In this document: positions 1-10,559 of the stretch, piece by piece | Layout of the letters: every line of letters starts with the position of its first letter | Position numbering within the stretch: the stretch's first letter is position 1 | NCBI GenBank assembly: GCA_963977015.1 | Contig: CAXBMO010000006.1 | Coordinates: forward strand, 256,001-320,000 | Length of the DNA stretch: 64,000 nucleotides | Source of the DNA: an uncultured bacterium | GTDB taxonomy: Bacteria > Verrucomicrobiota > Verrucomicrobiia > Verrucomicrobiales > DEV007 | Direction of reading: 5' to 3' | The notes under the pieces: model-generated | What the model saw: the letters and a program-made list of their open reading frames with translations, nothing else | Database searches by the model: none | Told to the model about the DNA's origin: nothing | Position numbers and translations under genes: made by a program

Positions 1-199
1 ATTTGTCTGCTCATCATAGAAAGATTTCTTTCAAAAAACCTGGGACAGGCCCCGAGAATACCCGGCGCTTCATTCCGCCGCAGTTTCGTGGTGGATCTAA
101 AGACCTACGCATCACTCAAGTAAGAAAAAAGAAACGGCCCCGCCTGTAAACGGGAAACTGTGCTCGTTTGCGTCCCTGCGATTCAGCCTTCGGGGCGGC

Positions 200-355
200 A
201 TGGCAGCTCGCGCATTGCGCTTCTTCCATGTGCGCGGCCAGTTTTTCGCGAGTCGTGAGCGGTTGGTCGGCGAGGCGGGAAAGCTGGGGCACGTTTGGCG
301 GTGCTGGAGGTGGAGGGTCGTTGAGCAGATGACGCAGGACTCAGGCGCCCCGGCG
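200..355 (-). pseudogene. Remnant of a DUF1588-type segment of a DUF1592-family gene
   Basis: A minus frame not in the ORF track reads RGA*VLRHLLNDPPPPAPPNVPQLSRLADQPLTTREKLAAHMEEAQCASCH, matching RGVWISEAIFGVTPTPPPPNVEPL...TIRRQIEAH...CATCH of the intact gene at 3143-5557; conserved Trp replaced by TGA (341-343). Confidence 0.8.
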
Positions 356-434
356 ATGTCCGGCTCATTTTCGGGCTCTACGAAGACGGCGGCCAAATGA
401 TGTCTCCAACCGATTCGCTCTGTCAGGTCAGCAG

Positions 435-1778
435 TCAGGCGGTGATTTCGGAAACGATTCCGGTGCTGTCGGCAAAACGCTCCGCTTCGACGTCCATTTT
501 TTGGGCGAGGGTGAGCAGCAGATTGCTGAGGTGAGCCTTCTCGTTAACCGGCCGGTGGTGGATGCCCTTGTGCTGATCGTAGCCTTGGAAATCGGCGGCT
601 TCGCGGTTGAAATCGACGTGCCGGCCGTGCTTGAGCCCCAGTTTGGAGCCGCCGGCGAGCACCAGGGGCAGGCTGGCGTTGCCGTGACTGTGCCCGTAGG
701 CCATTCCACTGCCATAGAGCGCCATCGTCGTATCGAGGAGCGGACCATCGGCGTCCTTGGTTTCCTGGAGCCGCGTCAGGAAATAGGAAAACTGTGCCAC
801 ATTGAAGGCGTCGCTCTGGGTCAGTTGGCGGAGCAGATCAGGATTCCCATTGTGGTGTGAAAGTGCGTGCCGTGACTGGTTGATCTCAAGTTCCGGAATG
901 GGCAGGCCCTGGCCCTCCTCACCCGTGCTGAAGGTCGCGACGCGAGTCAGGTCGGTCTGCAGGGCGAGAACGATGAGATCATATATGACGCGGAAATACT
1001 CGCCGGGATCTTCCTGGGCAACGTCGCGATTGACGCGTGATTTGTCCTTGGGATCGATTCCCGGTCGCGGAATGTCGAGCCAGGCATCGGCCCGCTCGGT
1101 GCGAATCTCGGTTTCGCGGACGGCGGTGAGATACTGATCGAGCCGGTCGCGGTCCTCGCTGCCGACCTTCATTCGCAGGGCTTTCGCCTCGTCGAGATTG
1201 GCGTCGAGGATGCTGCCTTTTCGGCTCAGCTCCCGGCGCTGTTGCTCGACGCCGCCTTTCGGTTCTTCGAAGAGGTACTGGAAAACGACCTTCGGCCGAC
1301 TGATCGCGGGCAGCGTGATTCCGTCGCCGTTCACGGCCAGGGCACCGCCCTTGTTGGCCAATTCCAGGGAAGAAAACCGGGTCTGCGGCGCCGTAACCCG
1401 GGCCATGAGTTGATCGATGGAGATGGTGTTCTTGGCGGTGACTCCAAGGTTGCCGCCGGAGAGCCAGATCTTGCGGCAGTTGTGATGATGACCGAGGCCA
1501 TTGGGATGATAAAGACCGCTGAACGGGGTGATGTGGGCGCGGTGTTTTTCGAGGGGCTTGAGCGGCTCGCTCAACTCGTAATCGGCCCCGGAATTCTGGA
1601 TCTGATAGTCGCGGGTGTTGACTCCGTTGGGCAGGTAAATGAACACGCTTCGTTTCGGGCGGGCGGCGGAAGTTTCGGCGGCGCGCATACAGTCGAGCAT
1701 GGGCAGGGCAATGGTCGCGCCAAGACTGCGGAGAGCATAACGGCGGCTGATGAGCCACTTTTTGGATGAAAAGTTCAT
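435..1778 (-). CDS. DUF1552 domain-containing protein
   Basis: Tat-like [51 protein letters not shown] motifs; downstream of a DUF1592 gene. Confidence 0.9.
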   Translation of the reverse strand: MNFSSKKWLISRRYALRSLGATIALPMLDCMRAAETSAARPKRSVFIYLPNGVNTRDYQIQNSGADYELSEPLKPLEKHRAHITPFSGLYHPNGLGHHHNCRKIWLSGGNLGVTAKNTISIDQLMARVTAPQTRFSSLELANKGGALAVNGDGITLPAISRPKVVFQYLFEEPKGGVEQQRRELSRKGSILDANLDEAKALRMKVGSEDRDRLDQYLTAVRETEIRTERADAWLDIPRPGIDPKDKSRVNRDVAQEDPGEYFRVIYDLIVLALQTDLTRVATFSTGEEGQGLPIPELEINQSRHALSHHNGNPDLLRQLTQSDAFNVAQFSYFLTRLQETKDADGPLLDTTMALYGSGMAYGHSHGNASLPLVLAGGSKLGLKHGRHVDFNREAADFQGYDQHKGIHHRPVNEKAHLSNLLLTLAQKMDVEAERFADSTGIVSEITA

Positions 1779-1791
1779 TGGCTGGAGGGGT

Positions 1792-3138
1792 TCAGGAGTT
1801 TTTGGGAGTTTGTGAGGGTGCCTGGCGAGGTTGAAAGGTGTCGGGAATGCGTTCTTCCATTCCCTTCACGCGTTCTTCCGGAGGGAGTTTCACGTTCGGC
1901 CAGTGATGGGCCCGAATGCGAATGACGCGAGTGGGGCGAAAGCCTTCCAGAACGCGCCGGACTTCGATTCGAAGCTGAATCCCGCTGCTGCCGTGAGGTG
2001 GGTTTTTCTCCACGCTGACCGACTGGATCGATCCGTCTATTCCATCGTGATCCTGCCACCAGGTGCGCAGGGTGTTCTCCGCCGAGGCGGCTTTGACGAT
2101 CTGCGTCTGGCGTTCGCCTTCGAGAAACGGCTCGTACAACGCGGGGGCCATGCCGCCGAAGAGCGTCGCGGTGACCAGTCCCCGTCCATTGCCGAGATGC
2201 TCGACTTCATCCACGTAAGCGGGGAGCCAGCGAAATTCCATGTGATGCACGTGGCGGCGGCGCTGGAGCTCGGCGGCGTTGGCGCGGCTTTCTTCATCCA
2301 GCCAGATGTCGGAAACGTGAAAGCGGCCGTATTCCCAATACTCGCTCCAGGTGAGATTCATCGTAACCTCGGGACCATCGGCGAGATTCAGGATCCGTTG
2401 CCCTTGTTGCAAATCAGACTCCCAATTTTCGGCTGGAGCGAGATCCTCCCACTCCACGTTTTCGCGCCCTCGCCAGAGCCGGGTGGAGCGATCGATGGTA
2501 AAAACCTGGTCGCCCTCCAACCCGTCCTCGGTCTCGTTGCCGGATCGAACCGCCCGCAGTTTTCCCCGCGGGAAATGGAGTTTGCGCCAGTCGCCCTGGC
2601 CTTCTTCGGCCGATGCCGGAAAATCGGGATGCTTTTTCGACCCTTTCTCCCACGACAGTTCGATCGCGCTGATTTTCCAGGTTAGTCCGCGGCTTTGGCA
2701 GTAGCTGGAATGATCCTCAAGCGCGACGCAATGGGTGTAGGGCCGGAAGTGTTTGTCCTTGCCCTGCGGCGGTCTCGGCACGGTGGTGTCGCCTTCCGGC
2801 GCGAGGAAAAACCAGCCATGCAACACGGTGCCGATCGGGACATCACGCAGTTCCGCCGGAGCGCCCTGGTAACGAATCGTTCCGTAGGGCAGCATGGCGA
2901 AGCGATGGGGCTCTGCCCGGTGATAGGGATCGCTGGTGCCATTGCCTCCCAGGCGAATTGCGCCAAGCCGATTGACGGGATCGACAAAAACCAATTCACC
3001 CATGAGGTGGTGGGCGCGTTCGATCGGCGCGAACTGACCGGGTTCGGGCACGTAGTCCGGCGACTCACTCTCCGCAGCCAGCGGAGTTGCGAAAAGAGCC
3101 AGGAAACCGAGCGTGAGAGGGGAATGGAAACGGAGCAT
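1792..3138 (-). CDS. Secreted hypothetical protein in the DUF1592/DUF1552 operon
   Basis: 448 aa ORF with signal peptide, 4 and 13 nt gaps to neighbours. Confidence 0.75.
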   Translation of the reverse strand: MLRFHSPLTLGFLALFATPLAAESESPDYVPEPGQFAPIERAHHLMGELVFVDPVNRLGAIRLGGNGTSDPYHRAEPHRFAMLPYGTIRYQGAPAELRDVPIGTVLHGWFFLAPEGDTTVPRPPQGKDKHFRPYTHCVALEDHSSYCQSRGLTWKISAIELSWEKGSKKHPDFPASAEEGQGDWRKLHFPRGKLRAVRSGNETEDGLEGDQVFTIDRSTRLWRGRENVEWEDLAPAENWESDLQQGQRILNLADGPEVTMNLTWSEYWEYGRFHVSDIWLDEESRANAAELQRRRHVHHMEFRWLPAYVDEVEHLGNGRGLVTATLFGGMAPALYEPFLEGERQTQIVKAASAENTLRTWWQDHDGIDGSIQSVSVEKNPPHGSSGIQLRIEVRRVLEGFRPTRVIRIRAHHWPNVKLPPEERVKGMEERIPDTFQPRQAPSQTPKNS

Positions 3139-3142
3139 GAGG

Positions 3143-5557
3143 TTAGCGGGAAAGGAAGAGGTCAGAGAGCACCAGGTTTTCGATCAAATCGCCGATGTGG
3201 TAACCAGAGTCGGCACTCCGCTCGGTGATGGCCCGGAGTTCTTTCCGGTCATCGATCGTCATGGTGCGGCGCAACGCATACGTCGCCAGATTTTCGATCA
3301 GGGCGTCGATGAACGGTTCGGGTTCCGAAGCCAGCAACTGCTTGAATTCCTCCACTCCGGCGAATTTCCGGCCGTCGGGCATCACCCCGGACGCATCCAC
3401 CGCCGGGTTTTCCCCTTTCCCCTCGGACACAACTTCCGCGGTCCGCCACCGGCCAATCGCATCGTAGTTTTCAAACGCAAAACCTAGGGGATCGAGCTTT
3501 TTGTGACACGTCGCGCAATTCTTATCCGTCGCGTGAGCCTCAATTTGCCTTCGGATCGTCGTTTTCGGCGCATTCCGTTCGGCAGGTTCAAGCGGTTCCA
3601 CGTTGGGAGGCGGCGGCGTTGGCGTCACCCCGAAAATGGCTTCGCTGATCCAGACCCCGCGATGAATCGGCCGGTGCCGCGTGCCGTCCGAGGTCAGCGA
3701 CAGCACCGAGCCATGCGTCAGCAACCCACCCCGCCGGTGCTCCGGTCGCAGGCTCACGCGGTGAAAGCCGGATTTCTGCGGGATCGGAATGTCGTAATGG
3801 CGGGACAGCCGGGGGTTCAACATCGTCCAGTCGGAGTCGAGAAAGGCGGTCACCGGCAGGTTGTTCGCAAAGACTTCACGGAAGTAGCGGGTCGTTTCCA
3901 GCGTCATGCTTTTCTCCAGCCAGAGGTCGTAGTCGGGATAGAGTTTTGAATCCGGCGCAAACATCCCGACTTGGTGCAATTGCAGCCATTGTTTCGGAAA
4001 CGACTCCGTGAATCGCTCGATTTTCGGATCGGCCAGCATCCGTTTCAATTGCGCCCGCAAGTTCTTCGGTTCCCGCAGCGTTCCGGTTTCGGCGGCGGAA
4101 AGCAGGGTCTCATCCGGCATCGATCCCCAGAGGAAATACGACAACCGAGAGGCGAGTTCATGGTCGTTTAACTCCAGTCCTCGTCCCTCCCCGCCTTCCA
4201 CGATGTAGTAGAAATTTTTCGAGGTCAGGATGCCGAGCATGGCTGCCAGTTGAGCCCGGTGCGGCGTTTCACCCGCCTCCAGTTCAAGCTCGAACACGTG
4301 GAGATAGCGCGCGATCTCTTCTTCGCTGGCCGGCCGGCGCCAGGCCCGATCCGCCAGTTTTCGGAGCGCCGCTCGCGACTCCTCAATCAATTCCTCCCGT
4401 TGAAGTTCGGACTTCGAGTTGCGAATCTGCTCCGGCATCAGTCCCTCCCGTTTCGCCAGATCCGTTTCCGTCGTGAGAGGCCCCTCCCATTCAATCCAGT
4501 CCACCATCATGAGGGGATAGACGCCGCGCCCGTCGTCGGTCGTCAGCATGAGGCCGGTCGGGTTGAGCTGCCCCACCACTTCCTTGGAACTGGTGAACAC
4601 GCTCCCTCCGCCGCGAAGCACGTTCCTGTAATGGCCATCCGGAATTTTGCCGGCAACTTCGTTTTGCAGAACCAAAGCGGTGCCCGCATCGAGAAACGTC
4701 TCAAACTCGACGACCATTGGCGCGTCCTCCGCGGCCACGATATCCTGTTCGAACACCGATTGTCCCAGCTTCGGGTCCCAGACCGTGAGATGTGGTGCGA
4801 TCCCGTCGACGGACATCAATCCGCTGATTTGCAGGCGTGCGCGATACTGCCCCGGTTCATTCCTGGGAACGCCGCTTCGTCCATGAATCGTCTGCCCCGG
4901 CCAGATCAACACCCGCACCCGATCCGCGATTCCTCGCTCCTCCAATTCCTGGCGTTGTCCCCGGTGCTTCAGGTCGATGGCATCGGTGCGAACCACCTTG
5001 ATCTTGGGTTGGTGCTTGGGAAACGCCCGTTCCAGAATTTCCTCGCCTGCACGGAAATACCGATCCACATGCGAGGGAGACAGCGAAAGCATCGATCCGA
5101 CGCGCTCGAAACCGTGCCAACGCGGGTCCTCGTTCATCGCTCCCGGTTGATACACGTCGAAGCGCACGCCGAGCAGGTCGTAAACGGTGTTGGCATACTC
5201 TTCGCGGCTCAGCCGGTAGTGCGCGACCTCGCCGCGTTTCGCCATTCGTGCTGCCTCGCCTTCCGCGAGCCGCGCGGCAATCCAACCGGAAATTTCCTCC
5301 AGCTCGGCTCCCGACGGCTGCGGTTCGTCCTCCGGAGGCATTTCCCCCGCATTCAGCCGCCCCATGACTTCCGCCCAGATTTCGGCATTCGTGCTGACCG
5401 CGAAATCCCGTGGCAAGGTGTCGATCCGGAAATCACCTTTTTGTTTCTCCTCACCGTGACAGCGAACGCAGTGTTCGGCCAGGAACGGCTCGACGGATGA
5501 CGGTGCGGCGCAGACGGCGGCAGTGAGGCTCAATAGGATGGGGAACAGACACTTCAT
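3143..5557 (-). CDS. DUF1592-family protein (planctomycete cytochrome c, DUF1587/1595/1592/1588/1585)
   Basis: Signal peptide, CVRCHG heme motif, MPP, RLSREEYANTVYDLLG, ELASRLSYFLWGSMPD, CATCH, FENYDAIGRWR, YALRR. Confidence 0.92.
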   Translation of the reverse strand: MKCLFPILLSLTAAVCAAPSSVEPFLAEHCVRCHGEEKQKGDFRIDTLPRDFAVSTNAEIWAEVMGRLNAGEMPPEDEPQPSGAELEEISGWIAARLAEGEAARMAKRGEVAHYRLSREEYANTVYDLLGVRFDVYQPGAMNEDPRWHGFERVGSMLSLSPSHVDRYFRAGEEILERAFPKHQPKIKVVRTDAIDLKHRGQRQELEERGIADRVRVLIWPGQTIHGRSGVPRNEPGQYRARLQISGLMSVDGIAPHLTVWDPKLGQSVFEQDIVAAEDAPMVVEFETFLDAGTALVLQNEVAGKIPDGHYRNVLRGGGSVFTSSKEVVGQLNPTGLMLTTDDGRGVYPLMMVDWIEWEGPLTTETDLAKREGLMPEQIRNSKSELQREELIEESRAALRKLADRAWRRPASEEEIARYLHVFELELEAGETPHRAQLAAMLGILTSKNFYYIVEGGEGRGLELNDHELASRLSYFLWGSMPDETLLSAAETGTLREPKNLRAQLKRMLADPKIERFTESFPKQWLQLHQVGMFAPDSKLYPDYDLWLEKSMTLETTRYFREVFANNLPVTAFLDSDWTMLNPRLSRHYDIPIPQKSGFHRVSLRPEHRRGGLLTHGSVLSLTSDGTRHRPIHRGVWISEAIFGVTPTPPPPNVEPLEPAERNAPKTTIRRQIEAHATDKNCATCHKKLDPLGFAFENYDAIGRWRTAEVVSEGKGENPAVDASGVMPDGRKFAGVEEFKQLLASEPEPFIDALIENLATYALRRTMTIDDRKELRAITERSADSGYHIGDLIENLVLSDLFLSR

Positions 5558-5668
5558 GACGGGGTTTTGGGGATCATTTCCGAAAAACCCCGTCCTGTCA
5601 TGTCACGAGATCCGGGGACAAGCCCGGAATTCGCACACCTTCCCGATCACGCTATGGTAGGTGGATTC

Positions 5669-7642
5669 ATGACGTTTCAGGTCGCCATCCTCTGCGCAGT
5701 ATTCGCCGCTCTCCCGCTCCTCCAGGCGGTGGAACCGGCGCGGCTTGGCGAGATCGAACGCGAACTGGCCCAATTGCCCCAACTGATCCCTTCCCTCCAG
5801 TCCAGCCGGCGGATCGGGTTCCACGGACATTACGCCGAACCGGCTTGGGTCACGATCGATCTGGGAGCCATCGTGACGCCCGAGCGCGTCGTGATTTTCC
5901 CGGCCCGTCTTCCGGTCGTCCAAAACGGAACGCCCCCTTCCACCGGCTTTCCCGCCGCTCTCGACGTGGAAGTCGACGAGAGTGCGGAATTCGAATCACC
6001 GATCCGGATTGCCCGCTGGTCCGAGGCGCATCCCGGCGAAGGTGAGCATCTTCCCTTTCTCAGTATTCCGGGCAACGGCGCTTCGGGCCGTTTTCTCCGG
6101 GTTGTCATTCCGAACCATGGGTTTCGGGGAACCGCCGGGGACCCGGAAAGTCTCCACTTTCGTCTCGGCGAAATTGTCGTGCTGGCCGAGGGCAGAAACG
6201 TGGCCCTGAGGCGGCCGGTGACAAGCTCTGCCTCGACCGAACAATCGCGCCGCTGGGAACGCACCAACCTGACCGACGGCTATTTCTGGTGCCTGCCATT
6301 GCGCGGAAGTGAGCCATCGCCGAGCTTCGGCTACCACAGCGCCACGCATTCCCGTGCGGTTCCCGGCTCTCCTCTCTGGGTGGAGATTGATCTCGGCCAG
6401 GAAATGGCGATCGACGAGATTCACGTCACTCCCGCTCATCCCCAAAACATTCCCGACGCCGAGGGCTACGGGTTTCCATTGCAGTTTGAAATCGTCGCCG
6501 ATCCCGGCACCGGTGAAACCGTGGTGCTCGACGAAATCGAGAATCCCCGCTCCAGCGCCGCTGCCCTGCCCAATCCCGGCGCCGCCCAGGTCATGCTGGC
6601 GACCCCGGGGTTACGCGCCCGGCGCATTCGGGTGAACGCGGCCCGCCTCAACGGAATCGGGAGCAGCGGATTGATCGAGAACCACTTTCTGGCGCTTGCC
6701 GAGATCCAGATTTGGCAGGGCGAACGCAACCTCGCCCTGGGAAAGAAGGTCCGCCATGCCGATTCCATGGCCGGTGATGGCTGGTCGGCGGAGGCGCTCG
6801 TTGATGGATACGGAAGCCGATATGAACTGCTCGATTGGTCGACTTGGCTGAAGGGCATTGAAGAAGCCAGCGAGTTGCAGGCGGAAGCGGTCACGATCCG
6901 CGCCCGGATGGCCGAACGCCGCGAAATTCGACGCAACCGCTTGGTGACCGCGACGGTCGCAACCGCCTTGCTCATCGCCCTGGCGTCGGCTTGCGCCATT
7001 CTTGTGATGCGCTCGATCGCGGCTCGTTCCCGCGAAGCTCTCCGCCAACGTCTGGCCCGCGATCTCCATGATGAGATCGGCGCCAGCCTGAGTCATCTGG
7101 CCCTGCAGAGCGAGTTGGCCGGCCAGCAAATGCGACGTGGCCATTTGGAACCAGCCCGTCTCGACAACATCTCGGCGACGGCCCGCGAAACGCTCGATCA
7201 TATGCGCGATGTGATCTGGCTGCTCGCTCCCGCATCTGGTAGCTGGAGCGAATTCTCGCAACGCATGGAATCCATCGGCCACCGCCTGCTGGATGGGGTA
7301 ACCGGTGAAGTGTCCGTTCACGGAAAACCGCCCGAAGGATCGCCCCCGATCGGGTGGGCGCGGGAAGTCGTGGCTTTTTTCAAGGAAGCGCTGACCAATG
7401 CCCGGCGCCATAGCCAGGCCGAATGCGTCCGCGCCGAAATCTCGTGGACGGATCCCGTGCTGACCGTTTGCATCGATGATGACGGTTGCGGATTCGACGC
7501 GAATTCGATCACGGAAACGACAGGCTATGGTCTCGCCAACCTGCGGCAGCGCGCCACCAAGCTGAACGCCGACCTCAAACTCGACTCCGAGCCCGGCAAC
7601 GGCACCCGAATCCGCCTGAGCATCCCTTATCCCAAATCATGA
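5669..7642 (+). CDS. Membrane sensor histidine kinase (HisKA_3) with extracellular discoidin/F5-8-like domains
   Basis: Signal peptide, two WV(T/E)IDLG...NVAL/NLAL repeats, TM helix, RLARDLHDEIG H-box, EALTNARRH, DDGCGFD, GLANLRQRA; start moved to ATG 5669. Confidence 0.88.
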   Translation: MTFQVAILCAVFAALPLLQAVEPARLGEIERELAQLPQLIPSLQSSRRIGFHGHYAEPAWVTIDLGAIVTPERVVIFPARLPVVQNGTPPSTGFPAALDVEVDESAEFESPIRIARWSEAHPGEGEHLPFLSIPGNGASGRFLRVVIPNHGFRGTAGDPESLHFRLGEIVVLAEGRNVALRRPVTSSASTEQSRRWERTNLTDGYFWCLPLRGSEPSPSFGYHSATHSRAVPGSPLWVEIDLGQEMAIDEIHVTPAHPQNIPDAEGYGFPLQFEIVADPGTGETVVLDEIENPRSSAAALPNPGAAQVMLATPGLRARRIRVNAARLNGIGSSGLIENHFLALAEIQIWQGERNLALGKKVRHADSMAGDGWSAEALVDGYGSRYELLDWSTWLKGIEEASELQAEAVTIRARMAERREIRRNRLVTATVATALLIALASACAILVMRSIAARSREALRQRLARDLHDEIGASLSHLALQSELAGQQMRRGHLEPARLDNISATARETLDHMRDVIWLLAPASGSWSEFSQRMESIGHRLLDGVTGEVSVHGKPPEGSPPIGWAREVVAFFKEALTNARRHSQAECVRAEISWTDPVLTVCIDDDGCGFDANSITETTGYGLANLRQRATKLNADLKLDSEPGNGTRIRLSIPYPKS

Positions 7643-8277
7643 TCGCCATTGTCGAAGATCACGCGCTCCTTCGCGCAACCCTCCGCGAAGCCCTCGAACT
7701 GGCCGACGCCGGGCCGGTCGCGGATTTCCCGGATTGCGAAGCCGCCCTGAAAGCGATGCCCGAACTGAAGCCCAATGTCGTCATTCTCGACATCGGCCTG
7801 CCCGGCATCTCGGGCTTGGAGGGGATTCGCCAGTTGAAGACGCTCGCGCCTCTCGCGGAGATTCTGATGTTTACCGTGTTCGACGATCAGGCGCGGATTT
7901 TCGAGGCGATCCGCGCCGGGGCGTCCGGTTACCTTCTGAAGTCGGAAAAACTCAGCCGCATTGTCTCTGCCGTGGAAGAAATCCAGCGCGGCGGCGCCCC
8001 GATGAGTCCCGAGATCGCCCGGCTGGTCCTCGACCGCTTCGCACGCAGCCCGGCCGCTGCCACTTCCCAGGATGATAACCGAGAAGACGCTCTATCCGAA
8101 CAGGAACTCAACGTGATCCGGCTGCTGGCCGACGGCTTGACCCGAAAGGAAATCGCCGCCGAACTCAACCTGAGCACCCATACCATCGACACCTATATCC
8201 GGCGGATCTACGCCAAACTTCACGCCAACACCGTCGGCGGCGCGGTCGCCAAGGCGCTGAGAGAGGGGTTGCTTTAG
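7639..8277 (+). CDS. NarL/FixJ-family response regulator (REC + LuxR HTH)
   Basis: IAIVEDH, ILDIGLPGISG, GASGYLLK, LSEQELNVIRLLADGLTRKEIA; ATGA overlap with the kinase stop. Confidence 0.93.
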   Translation: MIAIVEDHALLRATLREALELADAGPVADFPDCEAALKAMPELKPNVVILDIGLPGISGLEGIRQLKTLAPLAEILMFTVFDDQARIFEAIRAGASGYLLKSEKLSRIVSAVEEIQRGGAPMSPEIARLVLDRFARSPAAATSQDDNREDALSEQELNVIRLLADGLTRKEIAAELNLSTHTIDTYIRRIYAKLHANTVGGAVAKALREGLL

Positions 8278-8317
8278 TTAGTGATGAATTCGAGGTCCCG
8301 CTTCTGACGACGTCTCC

Positions 8318-10369
8318 TCACTCGGTTTCGACTGCGATCAACGCATGCGGGATGCCGTGCCAGCCCCTGGCGTCGGTTCCGTTGTGGGGCGGAATCGTCA
8401 GTTTTCCGGCGGGCGCGAGGCGTCGATACAACTGGTCGCGGTAGGTCTTTCCGTCCGGCCCTTTCCATTGCGCCTCAACCCCGGGAACCAGCTCCCAATC
8501 CTTGGGCAACGCCGGAGTTCCGCGATCCATCACGAGGAGAAAGACCGGCCCGCCTTTCGGCAAATCCAGCTCCCAGCCCTGGCCCGGGCTTTGGCCTGAA
8601 CCGCGCCCGACCGTCCAGAGGGTTGCTTGGGGTGGAAACACGCCGTCCGGCAGCGCCGTGAACTCAAATTCCGTTGTGCACCGCGTCGCGCCGGCGCGAA
8701 GGGGCTGAGATCGCGGCTTGGAATCCACGTGGCTGAATCCCGACTCGCCTTCGTAGCTGATGTCGCGTTTGCCGTCCCAATTCGCGCCGTCGGGAATCTG
8801 AAGAATCAAGCCGTCCTCCAGCAGTCGGGTCCGAATCTTCTCATAACTCACCTCCTGAACGGCAACCTCGTCATCCACCGCCAACGCGGCAGCCGTTCCC
8901 GCAGCCTGGCCCAACATCATGAAGGTGCACAGAATCCGGATTCCGGAGTAACCGATGTAGCTGGAGCTGGGGCAGGTCGGCGTGATCAGGTTTTCTGCTT
9001 CGGCCCGCTTCGGAACCAGCGCCCGATAGCTCACCCCGAACGGCGACCAGCCGCCGTCGCCGTAGACGAACCCTTCGTTGTATGCCGCGCCGTCGCGAAC
9101 GATCCGCCGGGCGTGATGCGCGTCGGGCGGCCACCACGCCATCGTCACCGGATCCTCAACCGGCTCCGGATCCGGCCAGCCCATGTGCCGTTCGGTGTGG
9201 ACAAAGTCGGATACCATGCGCCGTGCGCTGCGGATGTAGAGCCGTCGCGGCCAATGCCCGTTGTCGGTAAATTCATCGCGGCAAAGTCCCCAGCCTTCCC
9301 ACTTCCTGCGCTGCGATTCCGGAACGGTGGGGTCGTTCTGGAGAAACCAGATCAACCCGCGGGTGAAGTCCTCGTGATGCCGCACGATGCGCTCCTGCTC
9401 CGCGTAGTCGCCCGCCGGGTAACCCACGTTTTCGCCATACAAATTGGCCGAAAGATCGTGCCAACTTCCCAGGTCCGTCTTTCCATTTGGGAGCCGCGCC
9501 CCGGGAGCGAACAGCTGGCCGCCCGCGGCAAAGTAGCGCCGGTAGATCTCGTAGGTCGCCGGGTCATAGTTCGCCGGTTTTTCGATCGGCACGACCAGGT
9601 CCGGGTTGCGGGTCAGGCAGAGGCGAAAGCAGAAGCCCATGATGTGCGGATCGGCCGCGCCGGGTGTTCCCAGCTCACCGGGTTGGATCGTCGCGATGAG
9701 CCCGCTGGCGGGATTCCCCGGTTCACGGTAAGGATCGATGCGGATCCGGAAATTGCGGTGATGGCTCTCCGCGCGAATGCCGTTGAGCGTCTCGCCGTAG
9801 GTCGCGTTGCTCTCGCGTCCCGTTGCCGTCGTCACCCCGGCGAAATGCAGCAGGTGCCCCTCGATCGACGCATCGACGAAAACCCGCCCGGTGATCTGCG
9901 TCCCGTCTTCCAGAACCACCGCAGTCAGCCGCGTTCCGTCCTTCTTCACACCGGCGGCGCCCTCGCGAATCCGGCTGCCGCGATGGATCGAGATTTGCCC
10001 GGCGTGTTCCCCTAACATGGCCTCAATCACCGCCTCCGCCGTGTGCGGCTCGTAACGCGGAACACCCTTCAGCACGGGGCCTGACCGACCGTAGTAAGCG
10101 TCAATCCTGCGGTAGAACTCCCGCGCGATGCCGGAAACCACAGCTTGGTTGCCGTGCTTGATGTCGCCCGCGATTCCCTCCACCACCATCCCGCCCGGAT
10201 GACCGTTCGGCTCGATCAGCGCGACCGATTTCCCCATTCGCGCGGCCTGGATCGCGGCAGTGAAACCCGCTTCGGAGCCCGAGAGGATCACCACGTCGGC
10301 GTCCGTCGCCGCAACTGCGGTCGAAATGGCAGATGCCAGGAAGAGGGAAATGAGAAATCGGAAGATCAT
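8318..10369 (-). CDS. Secreted FAD-dependent oxidoreductase family protein with C-terminal extension
   Basis: DVVILSGSEAGFTAAIQAARMG, FVDASIEGHL, GRES..YGE, FCFRLCLT, LYIRSARRM, GQAAGTAAALA; signal peptide from ATG 10369. Confidence 0.82.
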   Translation of the reverse strand: MIFRFLISLFLASAISTAVAATDADVVILSGSEAGFTAAIQAARMGKSVALIEPNGHPGGMVVEGIAGDIKHGNQAVVSGIAREFYRRIDAYYGRSGPVLKGVPRYEPHTAEAVIEAMLGEHAGQISIHRGSRIREGAAGVKKDGTRLTAVVLEDGTQITGRVFVDASIEGHLLHFAGVTTATGRESNATYGETLNGIRAESHHRNFRIRIDPYREPGNPASGLIATIQPGELGTPGAADPHIMGFCFRLCLTRNPDLVVPIEKPANYDPATYEIYRRYFAAGGQLFAPGARLPNGKTDLGSWHDLSANLYGENVGYPAGDYAEQERIVRHHEDFTRGLIWFLQNDPTVPESQRRKWEGWGLCRDEFTDNGHWPRRLYIRSARRMVSDFVHTERHMGWPDPEPVEDPVTMAWWPPDAHHARRIVRDGAAYNEGFVYGDGGWSPFGVSYRALVPKRAEAENLITPTCPSSSYIGYSGIRILCTFMMLGQAAGTAAALAVDDEVAVQEVSYEKIRTRLLEDGLILQIPDGANWDGKRDISYEGESGFSHVDSKPRSQPLRAGATRCTTEFEFTALPDGVFPPQATLWTVGRGSGQSPGQGWELDLPKGGPVFLLVMDRGTPALPKDWELVPGVEAQWKGPDGKTYRDQLYRRLAPAGKLTIPPHNGTDARGWHGIPHALIAVETE

Positions 10370-10559
10370 GAGGATGGTTCGAAAATTGGGGCTGTTTCTG
10401 GGCGCCGCGAAGCTGCCGTTCCGCCCGCAACCGCGCGGAGATCGGCTCGGCGGGGGATGGGATTTGGCGGAATCTTCCCCGGAAAGGGATCGTTGTCGAA
10501 AAAGAATCCGCTCGACACACGTGAAGTGACCACTTCGCTTGGAAGGCCCCTGTCCGATC

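Noticed and set aside
18-180. Riboswitch or attenuator upstream of a minus-strand start near 17 (MMSRQ)
   Set aside because: Short pairings (CAGTTTC/GAAACTG) but no family consensus recognised, and the downstream gene is outside the window
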